Shown: positions 14,776 through 28,600, counted from the stretch's first letter. The stretch is DNA of 64,000 nucleotides from the human T2T-CHM13v2.0 reference genome, Homo sapiens (GCF_009914755.1 NC_060942.1), one strand, 5' to 3'. Program-made: numbers and translations. The notes: generated by a model from the letters alone, not told the origin.

Positions 14776-15537
14776 TGGATGGCTTCCATCAGCAGTTTCT
14801 CTCCTTCTTCAGGAGGCATTCCATGCAAAGGCAAGCACGAAGGCTTCCTTTCTCCTTCTTGACTGTACCCGCTCCTTGCCCCTTGCTTTTAACTTTGGAT
14901 TGTTATTGGAGATTGCTCCATGGAAGCCATCCCATTCCCGTCACCAGCTGCCTCATGGTGCTTTGTCTGAACACATATCCTGTCCCTATCAGAGGTCTTT
15001 GCCAGCCTTCTGCTGTTCGAACGAAGTTGGATTGGTTGTTTCAGCTTTGATTTCTCTGCAAACGGCGAGGCTGCCCACTGTGCCAAGGCTCTGTTCCCAA
15101 TGCCACCTACCAGCAGCTGCTTCCTCCAGGCCCTGGCCCTCTTGCTCCACTGGCTACTACCTAATCCTTAGTGTGGCCTGAGGAGTCCTGGAGAGGAGGA
15201 GGCAGCACCACTGTCCTCTGTTCTGCCACCTTAGCACTGAAAATCCCGGGGGGAGTTTAAAGATAACATGTCCTCCCCTGCCTCTTCATCATAGTTGAAA
15301 ACCTCTCACCTAAAGTCAGAATCATTTTGAGGAAAAAAAGAAATATTATAGTAAGAAGAAATAATAATGTTCTTCACATTCCTTAATGAATTTTTTCATT
15401 GTAGATGGGCAAAGACTTGGAAAATCTCTTCTTTCAAAAAGATTTGGAAGTGGCATAGAAATATTAACATCTGAGGAGTGGCTGGGACTGCTAAGGGAGA
15501 TGGTAGAATGAGAAGAGGAGAAGATCAGAAAGGAAAG

Positions 15538-15857
15538 GAATCAAGGTGTCCACAGGGCTGAGAAACTCACTACAGGCTCTTGGGAAGGATCTGTTTCCTT
15601 GCTCATTTGGGTTACAGGCAAATTCAGTTCCTCAAGATTGTAGGACTGAGGTCACTGCTTTCTCACTGGTTGTCATCTGGGGCCATTCCCAACTTCTAGA
15701 GGCTGCCACACTCCTGGGCTCTTGGTCTCCTTCCTCCATCTTCAAAGCCAACAGCAGTGGGATGAGTCTTTCACACTGAGAATCCCTCCTCCTCCTTTCA
15801 TCTCATCTGCCTGACCCAGCCAGGAACGACTATGTGCTTCTAAGGATTCACAATGAT
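15538..15857 (-). mobile_element. MaLR LTR fragment, MLT1E/F-like
   Basis: aatcaaggtgtccacagggctg...ttgtaggactgaggtc...ttcctccatcttcaaagccaaca. Confidence 0.65.
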
Positions 15858-15979
15858 GATGAGATAAGGTATGAACTTTGCCAAGAATCAGGTTCTTGAG
15901 TAAGCAACAGCAGCATCTGTTTCAAAATCCAGCTCCCCCAGCTACAGAGGCTGGGCTCTGACCCACACAGAAGCACTGC

Positions 15980-16291
15980 TCTCTCTCTCTCTCTTTTTCC
16001 CCCAACAGGGTCTTGCTCTGTCGCCTGGGTTGGAGTACAGTGGTGCCATCTCGACTCACTGATGCCTTGGCCTCCCAGGCTCAAGCCATCCTCCCACCTC
16101 AGCCTCCCAAGTAGCTGGACTACAAGTACGTGCCACCACGCCCAGCTATTTTTTTTTTTTTTTTTTTTTTTTGTAGAGACGGGGTCTCACTCTGTTGCCC
16201 AGACTGGTCTTAAACTCCTGGTATCAAGTAATCCTCCCACTCCGGCTTCCCAAAGTCCTGGGATCACAGATGTGAGCAACAATGCCCGGCC
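15980..16291 (-). mobile_element. AluJ
   Basis: Diverged dimer with AluJ-type positions. Confidence 0.9.
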
Positions 16292-16487
16292 AATGTTGCT
16301 CTCTTAACAAGCTCATTTTGGGCAAAGAGGAAACAGTGCCATGCCAGACCACAGTGGAGACTGGGGCAAAGGAAAAACCAGTATCTCTGATCGTGTCTTT
16401 ACTGCAAGTGTTGACATTTTGTTAATCCTGGATATTCTGCATGGATTTTGATTTTAAAAAATATTTCTTTAAAGTATTATTTATCCA

Positions 16488-16871
<384 letters not shown>

Positions 16872-17526
16872 TTATCTTGATGACTGAGTTTTTGTCACTT
16901 CCTTTAAATTGGGTGCCCAAAGTGAGTCCTCCTCTTGCCTCCCCGAGTGCCAGAGCCCTGAGAGAAAATAAACCATTGCTGAGGAATCCAGGTATACAAC
17001 TTTCCCAAATCCAGATTTATATGCTGCTTAGAATAGCAAAATCATTCCACCATACCAAAAATGGGCAATGGAACCAAAAACGTTCATAGTATTCTGAAAC
17101 ATACAGAGTTCTACATCTTGTCTTTGCGTCTTCCATTGATCCAAAGGAGAGAGGAGTAATGAAGATAAAGAAGACAGAACTGATTCTATTCCTTCCTGCC
17201 ATGCGTTTAACTTTTCAGTACACGGCAGCAAACATGCTCAGAATGGTAGATTAATGCGTTTCATCAAAAGAGGGAGCCCTAACCTTCATTTGCTCATACC
17301 TGAGGCTTTGGCTCTTTGTTTGTCTTTGTAAATAGAGGAAGAATGTTAAGTATTCCATATGAAAGAACCAGGTATCGTTGAGTTGATTCTACTGTTTGCC
17401 TTTTGTCGTTTTGTTCTGTCTCCAAACCAATTCCCTCTGCTGGGTGGGTGAGAAGGCTTCCTGGTTCTCAGCCATCGTAACAGAAATTCAGGGTCTTCAG
17501 AGCCTAAATGACGCCTTACCCCTTCA

Positions 17527-17545
17527 TGGCCACTAGAGGGCAACC
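17527..17545 (+). promoter_or_regulatory. Candidate CTCF binding site
   Basis: TGGCCACTAGAGGGCAACC contains CCACTAGAGGGCA, a full match to the core CCACNAGRKGGCR, in apparently non-repeat DNA. Confidence 0.5.
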
Positions 17546-18290
17546 GACACCACCATAATGAATTGATCCACCCAGGTTTATGATATTAACTAAGTTGATA
17601 ATTATTTACACTATAAAGGCATTCTTTTGAGACCATTCTTCCTTTAGAATATCCTTTTAAAGGTATTTGTCTCTTTAAGATATATTTTATATAGCATTTA
17701 TTTACATTTCGATATCCCCTAGTAAGTCCAATTAAATTTTAAAAAATTTGGACACAGCCTCCATGTATTCAACAAATATTTAAATATTACAGTTTGCATT
17801 CCATAAGCCTTTGTGCTAGACAATGAGGCCACAAATTTGAAAAAAGACTCAATCCTTGTCCTCAAGAATAGATGAATGGGAAGCACAAATAACTACAAGT
17901 ACCAGAGCCAACATTTGCACAGGGACAGGCAGCATGGGTAAGGGAGTAATTCACTCTTTGGGGGAGGGAGAGAATTCAGCTAAACTTGTGTTGTATTTTG
18001 CACAAAAGGGATATGGCCAGTATGTAAAGTAACATGCATTTAATGGGAAAAGTGAAGCAATTGATATACTCTTAAAGTGTTTATTACTTGAAATGTTGGA
18101 AGTTTGAAATCATTCCCACTCTCTCCCAAAGGGAATATTTTGTTCATCACTGGATTTATCAGAGAAAAAAGCAAAAAGAAAGTGAGTACAAAATCCCCAA
18201 GACCTAAGTGCATTAGAAATCTCAAAGGGACTATGAAACATTCCCCTGATGTTTTTCCCCCATAAGAAGCTTAATTTGCTAAAACCCTTT

Positions 18291-18579
18291 CACTCCTGTA
18301 ATCCCAGCACTCTGGGAGGCCGAGGTAGGCGGATCATGAGGTCAGGAGATCAAGACCATCCTGGCTAACACGGTGAAACCCTGTCTCTACTAAAAAAAAA
18401 AAAAAATACAAAAAGTTAGCCAGGAGCAGTGGCGGGCACCTGTAGTCCCAGCTACTCGGGAGGCTGAGACAGGAGAATGGCATTAACCTGGGAGGCAGAG
18501 CTTGCACTGAGCCGAGTTCACACCATTGCACTCCAGCCTGGGTGACAGAGGGAGACTCTGTCTAAAAAAAAAGAAAAAA
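18291..18579 (+). mobile_element. AluY, slightly 5'-truncated
   Basis: Diagnostic accatcctggctaacacgg, gaatggc and gagcttgca; near-TSD aaaacccttt/aaaacacttt. Confidence 0.9.
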
Positions 18580-19836
18580 CACTTTAAAAGATATATTTTA
18601 ATTTGAGAAAGAGTTTTTTAAATGTATTTTCTCCAAAAGCCACATTGTATATAGCCTGGTCCCGGAAATGCTCCTCCCCTCCCACTTGGAGAAGCCAGTA
18701 GGGCAGGAAGCTCTCCTGGTGCATGCCTGTGGGCCTCCTGTTTCTGTGAAGTGGGGTATGGCTCCTCTGTTTTGCATAACTGGAGAGCTGAAAGGGACAT
18801 TAAACAAAGGGCAGAACATGAACCTGGAAATCCCTACCAGGCCAACGATCCAGAGGCTGCTCTCTGTGCCACTTCCCCATGCCCTGGGCATGGAGCTCAC
18901 CGGAGATTAACCCAGCTTCCCTGAGCCCAGGGGAACCTAGGCTCGGCACCACCACCCCCAGGAGTTTCCCGGGATTGTAAGCCAGTGGCATAAGTCAGCT
19001 GGATGCAGAGAATGACCTGTAAACCCTGGGCAACATGCATCCTAGCTTTGCCTGCAGCAGTCAGAGCCAGGGGGCTGAGGAGGCTCGGCCGGGGCGGGGG
19101 CAGTGGTTCAGTCCCCCTGGTCCCTGCCCAGGGTTGAGGCAGAGGGAAAGAGAGCAATCAGGTTGTGGGTGGGGGCAAGCCCATGCTCAGCCACTGGGGC
19201 CATGCCAGGTGGGGACGTCCAGCTCCCGGACACAGTGCGCTGGGACAATGCCAGAGCCTGCAGGTCAGGCCATGGTGGGGCCTGGCTCCACTGCTCAGGC
19301 TTCAGGCAGAAGGGCACGAGGTTGGAACAGGAGCTGTTGATGGGACTCAGAGCTAGAAGAGGATGAGCAGGAAGAGAGGGCAAACAGAGAATGAGGGTAT
19401 CCCCAAAGGAGGGTCCACTTGGATGACATGGCCAGCTCCAAGAGCCACCTCCAGGTCCTGGTCCTTACATCCAAATCCTAAGTCCTAGGGAGCAGCATGT
19501 CCATGCAGATGGGCTGTGCCCTGTGCCCCTCAGTGCTCAGACAACAGAGGTGGCACAGACGCACTGCACCCAGCACAGCTGTGGTGCCCTGAGGCCTCAG
19601 GTGTCCGGATGTTGCTCAGGTGCCCTGGTGGCTCAGGGGAGAGCAGACTCAGTCACAGTGGCTGGGCATGGCAGGAAGTGGCTCCTGGGTGTACAACATG
19701 GGAGGCCAGCATCATCTGGCCAACAGATCCTGCCAAGATGGGACAGGGTCGGAAATGGAAGACAATAGGGCTTCCATGAAGTACTCAGACTGCCTATGAG
19801 ATGGCAATAGGCCCCAGGACTTAGCAGCGCTCTGAC

Positions 19837-20003
19837 AGGGAGCTGGAGGTGGGGATAGGATGGACCTGAGGTCCGGGTGCTGGAGGTGGGGACAGGATGG
19901 ACCTGAGGTCCGGGTGAGGGAGCTGGAGGTGGGGACAGGATGGGCCTGAGGTCTGGGTAAGGGAGCTGGAGGTGGGGACAGGATGGACCTGAGGTCCGGG
20001 TGA
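19837..20003. repeat. 43-bp GC-rich minisatellite, 4 copies
   Basis: Unit GAGGGAGCTGGAGGTGGGGACAGGATGGACCTGAGGTCCGGGT; spacings of 37, 43 and 43 bp. Confidence 0.9.
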
Positions 20004-20239
20004 ACTGCTGGAGGGAGGCTTCTCAGGCCACAGTGCAAAGGAGGAAGAAAACGCTTTCAAAGCCCAGGTCAGGGGTGGGGAGGTTACGAGTGATGGCCAG
20101 CGGGTTAACAAGCCATGCCAGAAACTACTGGAAAACCCAAGACTGTAGACACTTTCTAAAAGTTCATTTGAAATTATTATACCTTGGGTGATAAGGATAA
20201 GAAAAATTGGGAAGTTTGCTACATCAGCAGCCTAGTGGA

Positions 20240-20465
20240 GGTGAAGAGCTTGAAGCTTGGAGTCCTTATTAACTATGAGACTTTAAATAAGTAACTGAAT
20301 CTCTTTGTAGCTGTTTTCTCATCTGTGAAACAAGGACACGGACACGTACACTCCTTTCCTCAAAATCCTTTTTCAAGGATAAAAACGAGTTACTGGATAC
20401 ACAGCACTCATAATGGTACCTGGCATATAGCTCAGAGAGTGTTAGCAACTGTTATTATCATCATC
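20240..20465 (+). mobile_element. MIR
   Basis: aagtaactgaatctc...ttttctcatctgtgaaa...ggtacctggcatatag. Confidence 0.65.
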
Positions 20466-20526
20466 TTCTCCCTGGGAAAGAGGAAAACGTCATGCCCGTG
20501 ATATGTTGGGGGCAATTAATAAATTG

Positions 20527-20855
20527 GGCCAGGTGCGGTGGCTCACACCTGTAACCCCAGAACTTTGGGAGGCCCAGGAGGGAGGACTGCTTGAGGCCAG
20601 GGGTTCAAGACCAGCCTGGGCAACATAGCAAGACCCTATCTCTACAAAAAAATTAAAAATTAGCAACCCTATCTCTACAAAAAAAACTAAAAATTAGCTG
20701 GGCCTGGTGTCACAGGCACCTGTAGTCCCAGCTACTCTGGAGGCTGAGACAGGAGGATGGCTTGAGCCCAGGAGTTGAGACTGCAGTGAGCTATGATGGT
20801 GCCACTGCACTCCAGCCTCGGTGACAGGGTGAGACCCCATCTCTTGAAAAAAAAA
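20527..20855 (+). mobile_element. AluJ with an internal ~33-bp duplication of the linker
   Basis: accctatctctacaaaaaaa..taaaaattagc occurs twice in tandem. Confidence 0.9.
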
Positions 20856-22185
20856 GCGGGGACTTTGCAACAAAGTCATTTGAAAAAAAATAAAACATGT
20901 TTCTGTAAAATCATCTTGTCTCCCAACAATCAAGTCTCAGGTTGTGTCCATGGGGTTATGGCTCTCTCACTTCCCAGCCAGACTATGAAGGAGCGAAGCC
21001 CCGTCCTTGGGAAGAGGAGACGTGAGCCAGGCAGGATGGGCCCAAGGAGGGAGTCCCTTAGAAACTGTCCAGATGAAGGCTAACGAGGTGCAGCTCCACC
21101 CAGCCTCCTCGGGCTCTCCTTCCCACAGGAGCCTCTCATCCTGCGATGGCCACATTCTACCCTGGGTGGTGTGGGGCACTGGTGCTTGTGTGTTCTCCGT
21201 TGTGGGCGGGGGGCTGGGAGTGTGGGGCATGGACAGAAGGCACGATTTCTTCATTCACTAAACTCCAATGGATCAGCTTCCTTATTTTCTTCTTATGTGC
21301 CTGGTGTGAAGAGTGCTTGATTTAGCCAAAATCCATGGGAAAAAAATAAAAATTAAATGTTTTTCAGTTCATGGGAGAGGAAAACTGTGATGCAGTGTGT
21401 GTAAGTTGCTCAGATGACTACCACAAAGAACAGAAAAGGAGGTGGGAAGCCAATCACAAAACCTCGGCTTCCTTAGTTATTTGGGATAAAAATAATTTTG
21501 CTGCCAGCTTTCCCGGGAGGGCACCTGAGAAGGACGACTCCGCGGACCCGTTTGACTAAGACATTTCTAACATAAGTCACATAGGGGCCCTTCTTCATGC
21601 TCCTCTCCTACTTTGCCAAACATCGCACACAGGAAAATAAAAGACTCTTAGATTTCACAATCTCCTTTTCTTCTTTTATTTCCTCAAACAGCTTCTCTTT
21701 CTGTTCAAAGGACATAAAATCTCCCTGTGTGTCCACTGGAATATCTGGGCAGGAGACAGAGCGGCAACGCCACGACTTGTGTCCTGTTTGTTCTGCTTCT
21801 GAACGCACACGGGGTCTGAAGCGCCCCTTCTCCTTTTGTGGCCCTGGCTGGACTGTGGTTTGCAGAGTCCGTCTTTCCCCTCAGCCCCCGTGGGAAGCGC
21901 CCAGGGCCACGTGGGGAGAGCTGCACTCCCCAGCCAGGATTCCCACTCGGGCATTGCTCTCATGGAGGGAGGATGCATTGGCGCTTCCATTCCAACACTG
22001 CGGGTGCTGCCCTAAGCCGCCTGGGAGGGACTTTGACTCACGCTCTGCACGACTAAAGGTGAATGACAGTGGTGCAGGAGGGGTCATGCCAGTGGCCCCA
22101 GGTGGGCTGCATAGCCCTGAAGAAGGGACACAGGCTCCGACTCTAACAGAATCGGCTGTGAACCCTGACTCTGCCCTCTTAAAAA

Positions 22186-22712
22186 TGAAGGGCAGTAGAA
22201 TAGGCCGCCCCAACACATGCCGCTTTGGCGTAAGGATTATTCTGAGCTCAGGGCACTTGAAAACCAGCAGGTGCAAGAAGGAGACCCTGACTTTCCTTTT
22301 TCTTCCTGTAAGCAAGAGATGAAACCCTGTGTGAAAGATGCCCCCCCTCCACCAGGAGAAAGGAAGAGATCCTTGTCATCAGAGTCAAAGCCCAGGGTGC
22401 TCTACAAACAAACCTTGTGAAGCCAACACTTACCTTCCTGGTCATTTGCCCCCAACTGACTGCCCTACCCAAGCCCCTTTGTCTTGTCATGTTTCCACAA
22501 TTTATGACACTTTGTTCAACCTAGTGCATAAGTTCGTGGCCCCAACTCCTTCTTTGGGTCTTCGTTTTTCTTGTGAGGGCTCCCATGTCTATACAAAAAT
22601 TACTTAATAAAATCTGCCTACTTTTCTCCTCTGAAGCTGTCTCTGTCAGTGGATTCACTGGGCTCATCTAGCAACTCTAAAAGGGCTGAGGAGAAATTTT
22701 GCATCCCCAACA
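22186..22712 (+). mobile_element. ERV1 solo LTR, MER34-family-like
   Basis: TGAAGGGCAGTAGAATAGGCCGCCCCAACACATGCCGCTTTGGCGTAAGGATTATTCTGAGCT ... aataaa ... TCCCCAACA. Confidence 0.7.
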
Positions 22713-22782
22713 CAAACTAAAACCTGAAAGATGACTTAGCTGCTCTAAATATTGACCTGGTCATCTATAAAATCAAGGTAAG

Positions 22783-23222
22783 TGTTGGAAGTTTGCTGCA
22801 TCCCCCCAAAAAGATATGTAAATGTGACCTTATGTGGAAATACAATCATTGCAGATATCATTAATGTGTGAATGAAGATAGATCATACTGGATTTGGATG
22901 GGCCCTAAGTCCAGTGCCGGGTGTTCTTATGGGAAGAGGTGGGACACAGAGAGATACACATGCAGAGGCCAGGCGAGGACAGAGGCAGCGATTGGAGTAA
23001 TGTACCCACATATCAAGGAACAGAGAGGATTGCCAACAACCACCTCTCCAGAGGCTGGAGGAAGCAGGATGGACCCTCCCCTAGAGTCTTCAGAGGGAGA
23101 ATGGCCCTGAGGACACCTTGATTTTGGACTTCTGGCCTCCAGAGCTGTGGGAGAGTAAATTTCTGTTACTACACCACCTAGTCTATGGTACTTGGTTACA
23201 GCATCTCTGGGCAACTAATACA
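22783..23222 (+). mobile_element. MaLR LTR, MLT1C-like, inserted in a MIR
   Basis: aatgtgaccttatgtggaaa, gacaccttgattttggacttctggcctccaga and the end aactaataca; MIR-like flanks. Confidence 0.8.
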
Positions 23223-24186
23223 GTGGGCTGGCTGTGAGGATTAAATGAGATTACGTAAGTAAATGCTTGTTCAGTGTTATATATCATCCCCTTTTTTTTT
23301 TCTCTTCCCTAGGAACTGGAAATAGAAATAAACCCAAGAAGGGCTTTGATAATGCTGCTGTCACCTGAGAACTTAAAGGTGAGTCCTGCTGTGCTTTGAT
23401 CAATCTAACCAAAACGCACAACCAGATTATGCATTCAGAGGCTCAGAGATTTGGAGCTGAGGGGTTTGACCCCATAGATATGAGGGGTATCTGCATGAAG
23501 CCTTACAGGAAAGGGTCTCAGTCTGAGCTGGTGACTGGATGCCTCAATGGGCCCCAACCCTGGGCAGGGGGTCCTTGGGACATGGGAGGAGCAGAAGCTG
23601 CCAAGTGAATTGTTTTGCTCTGTGATGGCAGAAGGACCTCAGGCCAGTCAGAGCCCAGGACCCCAGTGATTGGTAAGATGAGGGACACAGGTGATCTCCA
23701 AGTCCTCTCCATCCTCTCACTTCAGTAGCGCAATGAGTCCAAAATGTGGGGATCCAGGAATCCCAAGAGACCAGCCCCTGAGGCAGTGATACCATATGAG
23801 TTGTGCTATTCCAAAAGGACATCTCAAATCCATATTTATGCTTGATGCCCAATCCTACTCAATCCTCTATACTTGTGAGAGTAGCTCAGTTGCTGGAAAT
23901 CATTTTTTCAGTTTCGTTGAAGATTAGTTGGCCTCGAGGCTCTGGTCTAGTAGAAGAGAAGTCCAGCGTTTGAATCAGATCATGGAAGATGGCTCTGGAG
24001 GAAGCTGATGTGCACATGTGTGGAGCCTGGGGGTCACCAGCCCAGTCACAGCCACGGCCCACGGGGGTCACCAGCCCAGTCACAGCACGGCCCACAGAGT
24101 ACGGTCTTCCCATGGCCACAGAAGGAAGGGCTGGCCTCCCTGGCCATGATGGTGCTCTCAGTGCCCACGTGACGGGGATGGCACCA

Positions 24187-24626
24187 TGTTCTTCCCCAGG
24201 GCTGCCATAACAAGGAACCACACCCAGGAAGACTTAGATACAGCTGTGGAAGCTGGAATTCCGAGATGAAGGTGCCCAGGGGCTGGTTCCTTCCGAGGGC
24301 ACGGAGAGAGAAGCTGTTCTTGGCCTCTCTCCCTGCTTCTGGCAGCTGCTGGCAACCTTTGGTGCTCGTTGGTGTGCAGAAGCATCACCTCGACTTCTGC
24401 CTCCATCTTCACAGGGCCTTCTCCCTGCATGCATGTCTGTCTCCGCATCCACATTTCCCCTTTTGAAAAGGACACAGTCATACTGGCTTAGGGCCCACCC
24501 TAATGACCACATTGGAATTTGATTGCCTCTATAAAGACCCTATCTCCAAATAAGGTCACATTCTGAGGTACTGGGGGTTAGGACTTCAACATATGAAATT
24601 TTAAGGGACACATTTCAACCCATAAT
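24187..24626 (-). mobile_element. MaLR LTR, MLT1B-like
   Basis: ccaaataaggtcacattctgaggtactgggggttaggacttcaacatatgaa is the antisense MLT1B 5' end. Confidence 0.85.
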
Positions 24627-25207
24627 TGGTGGGTGCCCTTGCCCCGGGACTCCAGCTTCAGGGGAGCTGGGGGAAGGCCTTAAAGGCTGTAACACACAGT
24701 AGCCACATGGACAGGTTTCTGCGGCTTGCCTTCCAGAACCCAAGGCTATGCGGCTGTCAGACTTTTTTAGCATCTAGTGTCAGAAACACAACTCAAGCAA
24801 GTTTAGGCATAAAGGAAATTTAACAACCTCTGGAATCAAAAAAAAAAAAAAATGGGTGGGGATTGTTCAGCCAGATATAAGAAGGCCAGAGATGCAGCTG
24901 CCTTCAAGGATAGCTGGGTCAGGCCTTGACCCCACGAGGATCTCCTCTCTGCACGTCAGCTCCCTCCACGCGGTGCAGCTGGCTTCCTTGGTGGGCCAGG
25001 AACAAGGCTGCACAGTGGCCTCACAGCCTGCGTGTCAGGGATGGGCTCCTCTTTGGCTCTGCTTCAGAAAGTCCCAGGAGAGGCCATCCCGGACCTGCCA
25101 GCTATGGGCTGGGAGGTGGGATGCAGGGGAAGCCCAGCAGTCTCACCAAGGCCATGTGCATAGAATCAGGAGTGGCAGGGGAGTGAGGACAGTCCCAAAA
25201 CAAGTGG

Positions 25208-25635
25208 CACAAAAGGAACATATCGTGGGCCCCCAAAATCACTGAGCTAAAGGGAAAATTCCAGCTGGGAGCTGCTCAGGGCAAATCTGCCTCTCATTCT
25301 ATTCAGTCATCCCTCTGCTCACTGAGATAGATGCATACTCTGATTGCCTCCTTCGGAAGGCTTATCAGAAATTCAAAAGAATGCAACTGTTTGTGACCTG
25401 GAAGCCCCCTCCCTACTTTGAGTTGTCCCTGCCTTTCTGGACAGAACCAATGTACTGCTCACATATATTGATTGATATCTCATGTCTCCCTAAAATGTGT
25501 AAAACCAAGCTATGCCCGACCACCTTCAGCACATGTCATCAGGACCTCCTGAGGCTGTCACAGGTGTGTCCTCAACCTTGGCAAAATGAACTTTCTAAAT
25601 TAACTGAGGCCTGTCTCAAATGTTGGGGGTTCACA
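25208..25635 (+). mobile_element. ERV1 solo LTR, MER4A1-like (copy 1)
   Basis: gggcccccaaaatcactgagctaaagggaaaa...ggttcaca; TSD GTGG at 25204-25207 and 25636-25639. Confidence 0.85.
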
Positions 25636-25650
25636 GTGGCAAGTTGTTTA

Positions 25651-28600
25651 GGTGAGGGTGGGAGAAGAAGGGGGATGGGCGAGGGTGGGAGAAGGAGGGG
25701 GATGGGTGAGGGTGGGAGAAGGAGGGGAATGAGTGAGGGTGGGAGAAGGAGGGGGATGGGCGAGGGTGGGAGAAGAAGGGGGATGGGCGAGGGTGGGAGA
25801 AGGAGGGGGATGGGCGAGGGTGGGAGAAGAAGGGGGATGGGCGAGGGTGGGAGAAGGAGGGGGATGGGTGAGGGTGGGAGGAGGAGGGGGATGGGCGAGG
25901 GTGGGAGAAGGAGGGGGATGGGCGAGGGTGGGAGAAGGAGGGGGATGGCTTAGGGTGGGAGAAGAAGGGGGATGGGCGAGGGTGGGAGAAGGAGGGGGAT
26001 GGCTTAGGGTGGGAGAAGAAGGGGGATGGGCGAGGGTGGGAGAAGGAGGGGGATGGGTGAGGGTGGGAGGAGGAGGGGGATGGGCGAGGGTGGGAGAAGG
26101 AGGGGGATGGGTGAGGGTGGGAGAAGGAGGGGGATGGGTGAGGGTGGGAGGAGGAGGGGGATGGGCGAGGGTGGGAGAAGGAGGGGGATGGGCGAGGGTG
26201 GGAGAAGGAGGGGGATGGCTTAGGGTGGGAGGAGGAGGGGGATGGGCGAGGGTGGGAAAAGGAGGGGGATGGGTGAGGGTGGGAGAAGGAGGGGGATGGG
26301 CGAGGGTGGGAGAAGGAGGGGGATGGGCGAGGGTGGGAGAAGGAGGGGGATGGGCGAGGGTGGGAGAAGGAGGGGACTGAGTGAGGGTGGGAGAAGGACG
26401 GGGATGGGTGAGGGTGGGAGAAGGAGGGGGATGGGCGAGGGTGGGAGAAGGAGGGGGATGGGTGAGGGTGGGAGGAGGAGGGGGATGGGTGAGGGTGGGA
26501 GGAGGAGGGGGATGGGCGAGGGTGGGAGAAGGAGGGGGATGGGTGAGGGTGGGAGAAGGAGGGGGATGGGCGAGGGTGGGAGAAGGAGGGGGATGGGTGA
26601 GGGTGGGAGAAGGAGGGGGATGGGTGAGGGTGGGAGGAGGAGGGGGATGGGCGAGGGTGGGAGAAGGAGGGGGATGGGTGAGGGTGGGAGAAGGAGGGGG
26701 ATGGGCGAGGGTGGGAGAAGGAGGGGGATGGCTTAGGGTGGGAGGAGGAGGGGGATGGGCGAGGGTGGGAGAAGGAGGGGGATGGGTGAGGGTGGGAGAA
26801 GGAGGGGGATGGGCGAGGGTGGGAGAAGGAGGGGGATGGGCGAGGGTGGGAGAAGGAGGGGGATGGGCGAGGGTGGGAGAAGGAGGGGACTGAGTGAGGG
26901 TGGGAGAAGGACGGGGATGGGTGAGGGTGGGAGAAGGAGGGGGATGGGCGAGGGTGGGAGAAGGAGGGGGATGGGTGAGGGTGGGAGGAGGAGGGGGATG
27001 GGCGAGGGTGGGAGAAGGAGGGGGATGGGCGAGGGTGGGAGGAGGAGGGGGATGGCTTAGGGTGGGAGAAGAAGGGGGATGGGCGAGGGTGGGAGAAGGA
27101 GGGGGATGGGTGAGGGTGGGAGGAGGAGGGGGATGGGCGAGGGTGGGAGAAGGAGGGGGATGGGTGAGGGTGGGAGGAGGAGGGGGATGGGTGAGGGTGG
27201 GAGAAGGAGGGGGATGGGCGAGGGTGGGAGAAGGAGGGGGATGGCTTAGGGTGGGAGGAGGAGGGGGATGGGCGAGGGTGGGAGGAGGAGGGGGATGGGC
27301 GAGGGTGGGAGAAGGAGGGGGATGGGCGAGGGTGGGAGAAGGAGGGGGATGGGCGAGGGTGGGAGAAGAAGGGGGATGGGCGAGGGTGGGAGAAGAAGGG
27401 GGATGGGCGAGGGTGGGAGAAGGAGGGGGATGGGCGAGGGTGGGAGAAGAAGGGGGATGGGTGAGGGTGGGAGAAGGAGGGGGATGGGCGAGGGTGGGAG
27501 AAGGAGGGGGATGGGCGAGGGTGGGAGAAGGAGGGGGATGGGTGAGGGTGGGAGGAGGAGGGGGATGGGCGAGGGTGGGAGGAGGAGGGGGATGGGCGAG
27601 GGTGGGAGAAGGAGGGGGATGGGTGAGGGTGGGAGGAGGAGGGGGATGGGCGAGGGTGGGAGGAGGAGGGGGATGGCTTAGGGTGGGAGGAGGAGGGGGA
27701 TGGGTGAGGGTGGGAGGAGGAGGGGGATGGGCGAGGGTGGGAGAAGAAGTGGGATGGGCGAGGGTGGGAGAAGAAGTGGGATGGGCGGGGGTGGGAGAAG
27801 GAGGGGGATGGGCGAGGGTGGGAGAAGGAGGGGGATGGGCGAGGGTGGGAGAAGGAGGGGGATGGGCGAGGGTGGGAGAAGGAGGGGGATGGGTGAGGGT
27901 GGGAGAAGGAGGGGGATGAGTGAGGGTGGGAGAAGGAGGGGGATGGGCGAGGGTGGGAGAAGGAGGGGGATGGGCGAGGGTGGGAGAAGGAGGGGGATGG
28001 GTGAGGGTGGGAGGAGGAGGGGGATGGGCGGGGGTGGGAGAAGAAGGGGGATGGGCGAGGGTGGGAGGAGGAGGGGGATGGGTGAGGGTGGGAGAAGGAG
28101 GGGGATGGGTGAGGGTGGGAGAAGGAGGGGGATGGCTTAGGGTGGGAGAAGGAGGGGGATGGCTTAGGGTGGGAGAAGGAGGGGGATGGCTTAGGGTGGG
28201 AGGAGGAGGGGGATGGGTGAGGGTGGGAGAAGGAGGGGGATGGGTGAGGGTGGGAGAAGGAGGGGGATGGGCGAGGGTGGGAGAAGGGGGGGATGGGCGA
28301 GGGTGGGAGAAGGGGGGGATGGGCGAGGGTGGGAGAAGGAGGGGGATGGGCGAGGGTGGGAGAAGGAGGGGGATGGGCGAGGGTGGGAGGAGGAGGGGGA
28401 TGGGCGAGGGTGGGAGAAGGAGGGGGATGGGCGAGGGTGGGAGGAGGAGGGGGATGGGCGAGGGTGGGAGAAGGAGGGGGATGGGTGAGGGTGGGAGGAG
28501 GAGGGGGATGGGCGAGGGTGGGAGAAGGAGGGGGATGGGCGAGGGTGGGAGAAGGAGGGGGATGGCTTAGGGTGGGAGAAGAAGGGGGATGGGCGAGGGT

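Noticed and set aside
14430-15050. 206-aa Pro/His-rich ORF
   Set aside because: The length comes from a C-rich low-complexity tract; there is no recognisable domain or splice context.
21597-22322. 241-aa ORF
   Set aside because: No recognisable homology, and it runs into a MER34-like LTR; consistent with chance in GC-rich DNA.
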